Positions 1 through 12,000 of a stretch of DNA of 64,000 nucleotides are shown piece by piece. Source of the stretch: an uncultured Spirochaetota bacterium (lineage in GTDB: Bacteria; Spirochaetota; Spirochaetia; SZUA-6; Fen-1364); NCBI GenBank assembly GCA_963734545.1, contig CAVTHO010000010.1:96001-160000 (forward strand), given 5' to 3'. Below the pieces are notes generated by a model, which worked only from the letters and a program-made list of their open reading frames with translations, did not search any database and was not told the DNA's origin. Within the stretch, counting starts at the first letter, position 1. Every line of letters begins with the position of its first letter. Position numbers and translations under genes: made by a program.

Positions 1-1
1 A

Positions 2-3000
2 AAGAATGCCGCTCACCATTTCCGTCGCTCCGAGGACCCTGGCCTGCTCCAGGGTGAGCCCGTCGAACCTGGAATAGGTGGATGCGGCCGTGGCCATGGG
101 CACAGCGGCGGGCAATGTCACGGTCATCCTGAACCCGGAGAGGAACCGCAGGTCGAACAGCTTCTTGTAGTGCAGGTGATCCATGATGGCATTCAGGCGT
201 TCGGTATCTGTCAGGTCGCCCCAGCCCTTGTACTGCGTCTCGCCGTCGTCCGTGCCGGAAATCACCCTGTCCACGAGACCGGTATGGAGCTCCGTGTAGG
301 TGTGGGCGGTATAGAGCTGCACGTCCTGCACCGCTGCGGCTCCCTCCACGGTCAACGCCGCGCTCATCGCCCCTCCGCCCATCAGCGACGCGGGCACGTA
401 CAACGGCGGGTTCATGACTCCTCCCGTTGTGCCCGCCTGAGCGTCAAGAACCACGGCGTCGAGCGCGGCCCCCTCCGCCAGCGGACGGCCGAGGTCCAGG
501 ATGAGGCCGGAGTAGTTGATGACCTCCGCTATCGCGTAGAGCAGGGCTTCATCCTCCACCAGGAGCCTGACGCCCGAAACCGGGTCCCGCATGTAGACAC
601 TGTCCGTGTCGGGATGGTACTTGCCCGGCCAGTCCAGGTCTGCCACGTGGAAGTCAATGCCCTCGATGAAGTACTCCCGGAACCGGTTCGATTCCGCGAC
701 GCCCGCCCAGTCTGACCAATACCCATCCTGGACGAGCCGGGTTTCTATGGAGGCGAACTCGCTGCCGACTTTCACGTCGTCAAAGCCCGTCTGCTCCGTC
801 GTGAGGGTGGGGACCCAGTGGACGACCGGGCGCAGGATGTACCCGGCCTCCACCATCCGGTATCCCGTCACCACGTCCTTGTAGACGAGCTCGTAGGTCA
901 CGTAGGGAGGAGCGAAGGAGAGATCTGCATTCATCGTGTCGTCATATGCCAGGAGGGACACGACGCCCGGGGCCTGCAGGGTGATGTTTCCGCTGAGCGT
1001 TCCTGGCCCGTAGCCGGCGGCGATCTTTCCTTCCTGGGAAACCACGATGCTCCCGTCAGCCTCGCTCTCCCCGGCCTGAACGGTCACATCACCCGCCGAA
1101 AGAATTTCACCCTGCACCAGTACATCGCTTCCGGCATGGAGGGTGACGGCGCCCCCCGCTTCCCCGACGGAAATGGTGCCGTACACCCCGATGTTCCGGC
1201 CGGTGAGCGTCACGTCCGCCCCTGCGGCAATCAGCGCGCGGAAGTAGTAGATGAGGCTCCGGGCGATGTAGATGCTGCCTTCCCCTTCTTCCGCACCGGA
1301 AGCTGTCAGGGAGACCGAAGAGCCGGATCCGCGGGCGATGACCACGCTCTCATCCAGCGCCCACACGTTGGTTCCGGTGACGGCAACCGCATGATGGGCG
1401 TTGGCCAGGGCGTCGCCCCTGAAATAGATCTCGGCGTCGCTCTCCAGGATGACGTCCTGCACGTCCACGGCAGGCAGGGACGTGGTCTCGTCCAGGTGCA
1501 CGCGTCCCACCATTCCGAGAAGCTCGAGATCCCCCGCGCCATCGATCGTGATTGTTCCGCCCTGTCCCGTGTTGAGGAGGCCGCCGCTCTTCCGCTCCGG
1601 CAGGCCTGCCACGACAAAGCCGGTTGTGGCCTTTGGCGCGAGGCCCGGCTGCGCGATGCCGTCCTTGAGGCTCCCGTCTTCATTGATGAGGGAGCCATAC
1701 TGGTTGATCCGATTGCCCCCCTGATCGAGGCGCAGACCGTCTTCCCCGATGACAAAGCCGGCTTCATCGAGGAGCTGGCCCGCCGCGTCCACCCGGTAGA
1801 AGCGGCCGCTGGCCTTCTTCTCCATTCTGTGTCCGAGCTTGTCCACGAATTGGAGGGCGTGTGCGCTGTCGTGGGTGATATAGACGGGCGTGGCCCCCAG
1901 GACCGGGTTTCCGCCGGTGCCCTCGACCAGGACAGGCAATCCATCCGCATCGACCACCACCCGGCCCTCCGCGTCGGTGGCGATGAGGAAGCCGGAATCG
2001 TTGATGAGCTGACCGTTGGCGTCAACCGTGAAGTCGCCCCAGGACCCGGCCGTGGTCTGTACCCGCAGGGTCTCCGTCACGTTGAGAAGCTTTGTCAGCA
2101 GCACGCTCACGGGCGATACCGAGCCGGCGTCAGCCCCGGTCAGGTGGAGATTGTGTCCCGCCTCGACGAACCCGCTGATTTCCAGAAGACCATGGCCGGA
2201 GCCGATCGTCACGTCCGAACCAGGATCCAGGGACTGGATGATCCCCTTGATCACGGCGCCGTCTCCGACGGCCAGGGTGACTCCGCTGGGCGAGCCGCCG
2301 GCCAGGACTTCCGTCCTGATAAAGCTCTTCTCGTTCAGGGAGAAGAATGGCGCCGTGCCGCCGGTCACCGTGATGGACACCAGGCCTGTTGCCTGGGCTG
2401 ACCCTCCCCACGCCAGCGCTTCTCCCGCCGCGGCGGCGTCTCCGTTGACCACGTCCAGGTCCGTGGAGGTCACGACCCCGCCAAAAGTAACCAGGTCGGA
2501 AGCGACGATGGTTATTCCGGCGCTGCCGGCGGTCCAGCTCAGGGCAGGCTCTTCTCCCAGATACGTCCTGCCCCGCTCGGCCCCCGCGATAAGCCCGCCC
2601 AGAACATCAACGTAGTCGGCTTCAAGACGAATCACGCCGCCGCCCAGGCGGGTCCTCACTTCGCCGGCCCGGGCCACGAGGATCCCGCCGTTCCCGGCAA
2701 TCAAGGCCACCCCGCTGGACGCGACGATCGAGGCTCCCAGCGGGTATGTCGCCCCGGGAGGAAGTGCCGGATGGCTTTCATCCGCCGTGCCCGTGGCGCC
2801 GGCGACCGTGATGGCGTCCGACAGGATCCGCACGTTCTCCCCGGCAGCGGAGAGGAAGGTCCGGTTCTCCGTCAGGAACTCGAAGGTCTCCACGCCGCCG
2901 GCCTCGATGTTCCCCTGGATAAGGACCCCGGTGGGTGCGGTGATGAGGAGAGAGCCCAGGGCGTCCAGGTCTCCGGTGGCGGAAATGGAAACGGAATCCC

Positions 3001-6000
3001 GGGCAGCAAGGACAACTTCGAAGTTGTCGGCGGTTGGATCACCGGCCGGTTCAGGGGCTGTGACGCCGGCGTTCTTCAGCACACCGGAAATGTCCAGGTT
3101 CTCCGCTGTCAGCACGATCCGGCCGTTGGTCTCGATCCAGCCGGATTCTTCGGTGACCGCGATGTCCGCGTGCAGGGAGGTGATCCGCACGTCGCCGTTC
3201 ATCCGGGGCTCGTCGTTCTGCAGGGAGCCGATGGGGCCGTCGACGATGACGTGATTGTATCCAACAATCTCAATGGCTTGAGAGCTCGACGCCGGTCCCG
3301 TCGTCTTCAGATACCCCGTCGGGTTGAGGACGACGCTGTTCCCGCTCGCGCCGGAACCCGCCGCAAGCCCGGCTTCGATGTGGACATTCCGATCGGCCTT
3401 GATCCGGCCGCTGATGGTCAGGGTGTCATTGGCGGTCAGGATGACGTCGCCCTCAGCACCACCGGCCGTGAGATCTCCCTTCAGCTCCCCGGTGTCCCCG
3501 AAATCGAGGACGATGGGCCCGTCCACCGTCTGGAGGAGGCTCGACCAATCCAGGTCCAGGAACGTCGCCGGCCCCTTCACCATGGAGATCTGGTGGTTCG
3601 ACAGGACAGACCCGGCGATGTACAGGGTGCCCACCGGGTTCTCCGGCGTTCCGAACTGGACCTCGGATCCGGCCGCGGCGGCGATGATGTTGAACGGCCG
3701 CGATGGAACGGCCACGGCTCCGCCTGCCACGGCGTCCAGGCCCAGGAGCTCGGCATGATGGCTCTGGAAGCCTGCCCCGCCGGACGGGTTGGCCGCTGAA
3801 GGCAGCACCTTGAACAGGTACTGGCTGGTCAGCAGGATCTTCCCGTTCTTCAGCTTCACCCTGATCAGGGGATCGGCGGCCCCGCCCGTGGTGACCGGGT
3901 CGTCGGCGAAATACCCCGGCTCCAGGGCGGTCCCGTCGAGAGCGTAGTAGTCGGCGCTGTTGAGCGCGTTCTGGATGTCCATGAGAAGGTCCATGATCCG
4001 GCCGTTGGAGTAGTTGTCAGTCGTCGCGGCCGCGGGAATTGTCACCTGGCCGACGATCTTCCTTTCCCCGAGGCTGATGAAGATGACGAGCGTCACGTCC
4101 TCGGGCAGCACGCCGGTGTTGGACGACCTGTTGGCGAGGATCGTGTCGTTGGGCATGCTCGTGAGGCCCAGGAGGTCTTCATGGACCGAGCTGTACTCGA
4201 TCTTGAACACTTCGCCGGACACGAAGGCTATTGAGCCGCCCATTTCGACCGCGCGGATTTCGGCCGGCATCACGTCGTTTACATCCGCCACCAGGTCGGC
4301 CAGGGTCGAATTGTCCGCGGCTGCCGCCGCCGGCACGGTGACCGTGTACTCGGAGGGGATCGTGCCCAGCACCCGCAGATCGAGGACTACGTCCCCGGCC
4401 AGCCCGCGGCTGGGAGGCAGGACGGCTTCCGCGGCCACGACCTGCAGCGGAACCGAGAGAACCGCGGAGACATCCGTCCCCGGTGCAGCGGCCATGCCCA
4501 GCTGTCCTGCCTCGAGGGAGTCGTCACCGATGACGGAGAAGGCCCGATTGCCCGTGAGCAGCAGCCGGTCGCCGCTGTTCCCCACCACGATGAGCTGGCC
4601 GGCGTAGGAGCCGGTGGGCACTCCGTCGTGGAACACAGGGGCCGCCACGAAAGCGGTCTCGATGTCCAGCAGGAGGTCCGCCCGTCCGGCGTTCGTGGCA
4701 GTGTCGGCCTGCCGGACGATGACAGTGGCCGTGAACCATCCGCCCGCCCCGTCATCCACCGCCAGGGCCAGCGTCACGTCTGCCGTGAGGATACCGGACG
4801 CGGGGAGGTCGGTCGTGCCGGTTATCTCGAAGCCCGGCGTCTCCAATCCTGAAGTCTTGATGCCTGCCGTGAAGCCGAGCTGGTCCAGGTGATCGACGAG
4901 CTCCACGGTCAGATGGAACACGCGCGAGCCGACGAGCACCACGACGCCGCGCCGATCCTGGGCCGTGATGTAGTCCCCGAAGTATTCACCGGAGAGGCCG
5001 GGCACCGGCGTGGCTGCCAGGGCATCGTTCAAGTCGCGCACCAGGTCGGCGATCCCGGCGTTTGCCGTGGTGCCTGACTGGGTCCCGTCCGTGGCCCCCT
5101 GCAGAACGATTACATCGCCGCCGAACGTTCCACCCATGCCGTCGTCGAAAGTGAGCTCCATTGTCAGGTCCGCCGAAAGCCTGCCGTTCACCATGCTGTT
5201 CAACGGGATGATCCTCTGGGTCGGCGGGGGCCGGACGGCCAGTTCTTCCGTCACACCGGCAAGCTCGGTCAGCCCGAGGAGATGACCATTCACCGAATCC
5301 CCGACCAGTGCGAAGGCCCGGGCGCTCGATATCACCAGCGTCCCGGCCTCGTTCAGGGCGGAAATCTCCTTGAACCCGCCGCGGATAAAGGCGAGGTTGA
5401 GATCAGCCACGAGGTCGTCCAGCCCGGCGTTGTCCCGCGTCTCGTCCCGGGAGAGAACCACCCGGCCCGTCGCCACTCCCTGGCGCTCGCCGGTCACGGG
5501 ATCCGCGGCCGGCAGGTCGGGATCCAGGGTCTTCGGGTCATCGTTGGGATCCACATTGGACATGACGATTGAAAGCTCCACGTTGTCCGGCAGGACGCCG
5601 GTCGTGGACAGCGGATCGTGGGGGACAACGTCGAAGATGGACGGATCCCTCACGGACTGCGAAACGCCGCCGGCAGCCGCGAGGGAAAGGCCGAGGAGGT
5701 CCGCGTTCTCCGACAGAGGATTGATCGCGATATCGAGGGTTGCGCTGGCAAGCACGAGGGTTCCGCTCACGTACCTTGCCGTGATGTCCAGGCCGGCAGC
5801 CTGGAGGGCGCGGGTGATGTCGGCTGCCAGGTCATCGAGCCCGGTATTGGCCGTCCCGTTCGTTCCGTCCGTGTCCCGGCGGCTGATTGCCACCAACGAG
5901 GAAATCATCACGTCAGCCGAATCCACGGTGGTGATGCTGAGCGTGACGTCCTGGGCCAGGATGCCTGTCGTGGGAACGGGCCGGGCGCCGACGAGCTCGT

Positions 6001-9000
6001 GGACGGACGGCGCCCTCGCCGAATCGAGCGCCGCGCCGCCCGAGACAGTGGTGAACCCCAGGAGGCCGGCCGAAACGGACGTGTTCTCGATTGTGAAGTC
6101 GTACAGGCTCGAGAACACTATCCTGTTTCCTTCCAGAGTCGCCCGGATATCACCGAAGCCGGCCAGGAGGAGATCTGCGTTGACGTCGAGGAGGAGGTCG
6201 GCAGCCCCGGTACGGGCCCCGTCCGAGGCTATGATGAAGGACCCTGAAGACGACTCGCCCAGCCGGTTGATGGCAAGCGCGAGTGTCACGTCGCCTCCAA
6301 GGATCCCGGTAGCCAGGACCCCCGAGTCCAGCTCGGTGTCGGCGACCACCCGGGCGTCATGGAAGAGCTCCACGGCCTCCAGGTCCTCGCCGGGGGTGAA
6401 GCCCATGAGGGCCACGTTCCGGGAAGCGCGCTTGATCTTGAAGGCGGAATCGCCGGTCAGGACGATCTTCCCGTCACGTATTCCTGCCGACACGTAGTGG
6501 CTGAAATGCAGTCCCTCCGTCTCGTAGCGGGGAATGAGAGTCGAGGCCAGGGCGTCGTTCACGTCCGAAGCCAGCTCGGGCAGCGTGGTATTGTCCGTGG
6601 TTGCCGCGGCCGGAACGACCACGGCGCCCAGGAGCACGTCCTCCAGGTCCGTGGCCTCGATGCGGATCACCAGCGTCACGTCGCGGACGAGCTGTCCCGT
6701 CACGGGCGCCGCGCTTTCAGCTTCCAGGATGGCCTCGTAGCGGGTCTCCGCGGTTTCCCACTCGTAGCGCATGCCCAGGAGATTCACGTTCTGGGAGGTC
6801 TTCTCGATCTCGAACTGGTACCCGAGACTCGTGAACACGAGCTTCCCGGCACGCAGCACGGCGTTGATCGGGGCAAAAGGACCGGCGTCCAGGGCGGCGT
6901 TGACATCGTCCACGAGGTCGTCCAGTCCCGCATTGTCCAGGGTCGAGGCCGCGGTGATGAGCACGGACGGAGCATCGACGACTGTTCCGCCGGCATCTTC
7001 CATGCGAATGTCCAGGGTCACGTCGGCCGCGAGCCGGCCGCCGGTGGGCAGCGGCTCGTCAGCTTCGATCTCCGCCGGCAAATAGTAGATGACCGAGCTC
7101 AGGACCGGCGCCAATCCCAGGAGGTCCAGGTTCCGCGAGCTCGGGAGGATTGCGAAGTCGTACGGAGCGTCAATGAGGATGCTGCGTCCCAGCCAGCTGA
7201 CATCCAGGTCGCCGAAGGATGCGCTGGCGTCCAGGAGACCGTTGATGTGCACGATGATCCCCACATCGGGCGCGACGGGGTATTCCGTCCGCACATCCAT
7301 GCCGGGGATGAGCACCGTTGCCGTGGTTTCGACCCCGTCCACGCGCTTCCACAGATCGAGCGTGACCGGCACCGGCAGGACGCCGCCCAGCAGGAAATCG
7401 CTCTCGCCGACGATTCGGGCCAGGGGACCCTTCACCCAGGTGTCTGGCTCGATTTCATAGAAGTGAGTCGGTGTCAGCACCTTGATGGGATCCGGCCCGC
7501 TCAGGACCACCCGGCCGTTCTCCCCCCAGGTCTCCACGAGGGCGGACCCGTATATCAGGACGCTCACGTTCGTGAAGTTGAAGGGATCCGCGGGGTCCCC
7601 TTCCGCAGGGTCATCACCGCCGGTGAGCTCGATCAATCCGCCCGCCCGGACCACGGTGCCGATCCTGACCTGGTGCCCCGCCGCAATGCGGATGGCCGTG
7701 TGGGAAGCGGCGGTCCCGAAATCGAGCAGCTCGGACCCGATGTAGCCCCCGGTCTCTGAGTCGCGGATATTCCTGACCTCGCCGCCTGCAATCAGGTGAC
7801 CCTCGATTTCGGCGTCGTTCACCGCGACGATCGATATCAGGCTGTAGTCCCGGCGGGTCGTGATCTCGCTTGCGCCCTGGATCCGGACCCCGATTTCTCC
7901 TGCAATGAAGGGATGCGCGGCCGTATCCACGTTTCGAAGCTCGATATTGTCCTTGGCAGTGATGTAGCCGCCCGTGACCAGGATGTCGCCGAAGAGGGAG
8001 TAGAGCGCCTGGATCTCGTAGCGGGAGGAGCCGGGCAGGGTTTCATTGGCCTCCAGCTCCCCGCCTGCCAGCCCAAGAAGATCCTGGTGAACGGAGTCAG
8101 CGGTGATGGCGAAAGGATTCTCGGCCACGAACACCAGCCGGCTGTTGCGGATCTGGATGTCGATGACCCCGCCCGCCATTCCGGACAGGGCAGCAGAAAG
8201 CTGGTCACGCAGCTGCGCGAGTGAGGCGTTGTTTTTCGTCTGCGCCTTGGTGAGAGTGATGGATCCGAGCAGGGTCCCCTCCCCATCCTGGAAGAACAAT
8301 GTCACGTCTTCAGCAAGCTGGACCTGGCTCCTCATGTTCCGGGTCCACCCGCCGATGAACACCTGCCCCGGAGACTCGATCCTGACGTCGCCGCCCACGC
8401 TCGTGTCGAAGTCCACCGACTCCTTGATGAGGTTTCCTTCCGCGTCCAGGAGAAGGGACTTGCTGGCGCCGGAGTAGATGTGCCCCATCATCTCGACGCC
8501 GCTCTCGCCGTAGAGGGAGACCAGGCCGTGGGACCCGTCGGAGGTCCGACCCGCCGAGGTGATCCCGCCCGCCGTATTGATGATGACGCTGACCCGGCCG
8601 CCCTCCGAGCCCAGGCTCACGTCATCCGGCCCGGCAGCTCCGCCCGTCACGGTCACCGAATCGCTGGCCAGGAGCCCGGAATCCAGGTACACCTGCTCGC
8701 CGGCAGCGACCACGATGTCCGAATCCGTCCCGGACCAGATGACGCCGCAGGGGCCGATGGAGCCGCCCGCCACGACCGTGCCGAAGATATCAACGTCTTT
8801 GGCGCCCCAGATATGCACGTCGCTCCCGTTCTGGAATGAGGTGATGACGGCTGTGGCTTCCACCAGGACGCTGCTGACCAGGTCAAGGTCGAGGTCCCGG
8901 GTTTCTCCCCGGCCGTACACGTTGATGCCGTCCTCCACCTCGACAAATGAGGTGGCGAACTTCACCCGCTGGCCGGAATCGATCAGCAGGCCGGCGCCCT

Positions 9001-12000
9001 TCCCGCGAACGAAGATGCTTCCCTCGATGATGATGTCGTCGGGGCCCTCCAGCCGGAGCAGGCTGTTGTCGGCCAGGGACATCAACTGGCCGGTCAGGTG
9101 GATGCTGGCGCTCACCGGGTCGCGGTCGTTCCAGTCCTGGTCCACCGCGCCCCGCAGGTCCATGACGTCGCTGGAGGTGATGGCGCCGTAGATGCGCAGC
9201 TCGTGCGGTGTCCGGATGACCACGTCGGCACCGGGACCGGTCAGGGCCTTGACCCCTCCCTGCCACTCGACGCCGGCCAGGATCTCCCCATTGATGTAGA
9301 CCGCCTCGGGCGCCTCGATGTGGATCAGGCTCTCGGCGTCCCGGGAGGAAATGACCCCGGCGATCTGGACGAGCTCGAAGAAGGTGCCGGGAAGGATCGT
9401 GATCCGGGCGTTCTCGCCGCGCACGATGGTGTGGCCTTCCAGCACCACGGAGTTTTTCGTGATGATCTCGATGACGCCGCCGTCGAGCAAGGTCTCGATC
9501 GTGCCGGCGACGCCCTGGATGACGTTGTTGAGCCTGCGCGTGTCGTCCTCCACGCTGCTCATCATGGGAGAGACGTACGATTCACCGTCGCCCTGGATGT
9601 TGACGTAAATGCTGCCGTTGGTCCTCAGCCATCCGTCGACGATCATGCGGTTGCGGACGCCGTCCAGAACCAGCAGGTCGCCCGTGATCCCCGAATCTGT
9701 GCCGCCCAGGGGGTTGTTGATGTTCTTGGACTTGATGTGGAGCCGGTCGGTGTTGACCTCGAGCGTGACGGGGGGCTGGCCGGGCGTGGCGCAGGCCTGC
9801 ACCTCGCCTTCGATATAGATCCGCCGTGCGTTGAGGATCACGTCGTCCCGGAAGGAGGAATCGCGCACCCGCGGCCGGCCGTCGTACTTGACGACCGCTG
9901 CGTTCATGGCGTCACCGAAGGTCATCCTCTCCGTGGGGTTCAGGGCCAGCGGGTCCGCGTAGTCCTCGCCGATGGTGATGAGGGTGAACCCTTCCTTGAT
10001 GGCGGACAGGTCCCGGGTGGAGAGGTGGACCGTGTTGGCGAAGAGGCTGCCGTCGTTGTTGTATGTGGCCTCCAGTCCCTCGCCGGTGAAATTGCCGCCC
10101 ACGTGCGCGGGGAAGTTCGTGAAGCCGGGATAGGTGTCGTGGATATAGGTCCAGTCGTTCCCCAGCTCGTGCTCGGCAGCAGTCCCGAGGATGAAGTCGG
10201 TAGCCTGCATGGCCTTGAGGAACAGCCGGCCCGTCCCGATCACGCCGCCGCGCGCCCGAGCCGGGTCAGGGTCACGCTCATACGGGGCGCTCAGGAAGTC
10301 GAAATCGTCCGCGGTCAGGGTGATGTCCATCCCCGGCGCCCGGGTGATGATGCTCCCCGTGTGCAGCGTCAGCCGCGCCCCCACGCCGTTCAATGTGACC
10401 GTGATGATCCCGTGGGCGCTGGAAAGCCCCGCAGGGTTGAGCGCCGGGACATCCGCCACGGGCACGCCATAGACAACGAGACTGTCGGTTTCCTCGATGA
10501 CGATCTCGCTGCCGGCAACGGCTCCCTCATCGCGAGTGAACACGGTGATGCCGGCAACCGTCGTGATGATTGTGTTCACGCTGCCGGTCGAATAGTTGAG
10601 GATGTCGTCCGCCGCAATGATGAGGTGCGTGCCCGCGCCCAGGAACCTCATGTTGTTCCGCATATACAGGGAGCCTTCGGCCACCAGCTTGATGGTCCCC
10701 CCGCCCAGGTTGTCCGAGTTGTCTCCCGAACCGGAGGTGATGTCGGCCCGCAGATCGATGTCCGAGGGCAGGGCATTGTTGGCTGTGTGGATATCGAGCC
10801 GGCCGTTGTTGATCGCGTTGATCGGGACCGTGACCACCAGGCCGCTCACCCTGATGATCCAGTCAAGGTCGTGCGCGTCGATGCGGTGCGCGATGGTGCC
10901 CGCGGCGTCCGCGACGCCGTTCACGACCGTGGCGCTCGTGCCGACGCTGTCAGCCGTGATGTCGAAGTCACCCGTGGCGTGGACCGTTCCGTTCAGGATC
11001 ACGTCCTCTACAGCGGTGAACACGAAGCTGTCTCCGTCCAGCCGGGGCTCGACGGTCAGGTTCCGCGCGGTCACCACGAGATCCGTGGCCCCCATCACGA
11101 CCCCGGCAGGGCCGTTGGTGGAAACGATGGTCAGGTCGCGCAGGTGGGTGGTGGTCACGCCTGCCGCATCGATTTCGGACTCCTCCACCGGCAGCGTGAC
11201 CTGCTCCAGGCCGTCGGTGAACTGGATGATCTCGCGGCCGCTCACGATCTCGTGGTCGTTGAACTCGAGAATGTCCGGAAGCGTGTCATTCGGCTGGATC
11301 CCGGGGATGTTCCGCAGTATCAGCTCGTCGAAGGCCGTGTCGTTGTCCAGGAGCCGGATCGTGCCGTCTGCCTTGGTGGAGGTCTGACGGCCGAGCTCGA
11401 AGGTGATGGTCGAGGCTCCGCCTGCGTCCTCGATCTCGATGACCCGCTCCGGCGGCTCCTTGATGGTGACGATGTCGTTTCCCGTTCCCAGGACAATCCG
11501 GGTCACGTTCGAGCGCCCGGCCTTGAGCTCGACCCCGGCGGTTGCGACGGTGATTCCGGTCTTGTTGATCTGGACCGTCAAGCCCGTGGTCACTGCCGAG
11601 AAGTCGAGGACGGTAACGCCCTGGGCGTCGCGGAAGGTGTCCTCCCCGAAATCCGTGGCAAAGACATACGTATCGGCCCCGTCACCGCCGCTCAAGGAGT
11701 CGACGCCGGAGCCTCCGTCCAGGATGTCGTCCCCGCCCAGGCTGGTGAGCCGGTCGTCACCCGCGCCGCCGCTCATGGTGTTGTTCCCGGCTCCTCCGGT
11801 CAACCTGTCGTTGCCGGGACCGCCGTCCAGTGTCATGTCTCCCGTGGTGCCGGCGCCCAGCCCGGCCAGGGTGTCATCCCCGGGGCCGCCGATCAGGATT
11901 CCGCCTGCGTTCCCCGCGGTGAGCTTGTCGCTGCCTTCCCCGCCGTCGAACTCGACCGACACTCCCACCAGGCCAGACGCGTTGAACACGTCGTCACCCG

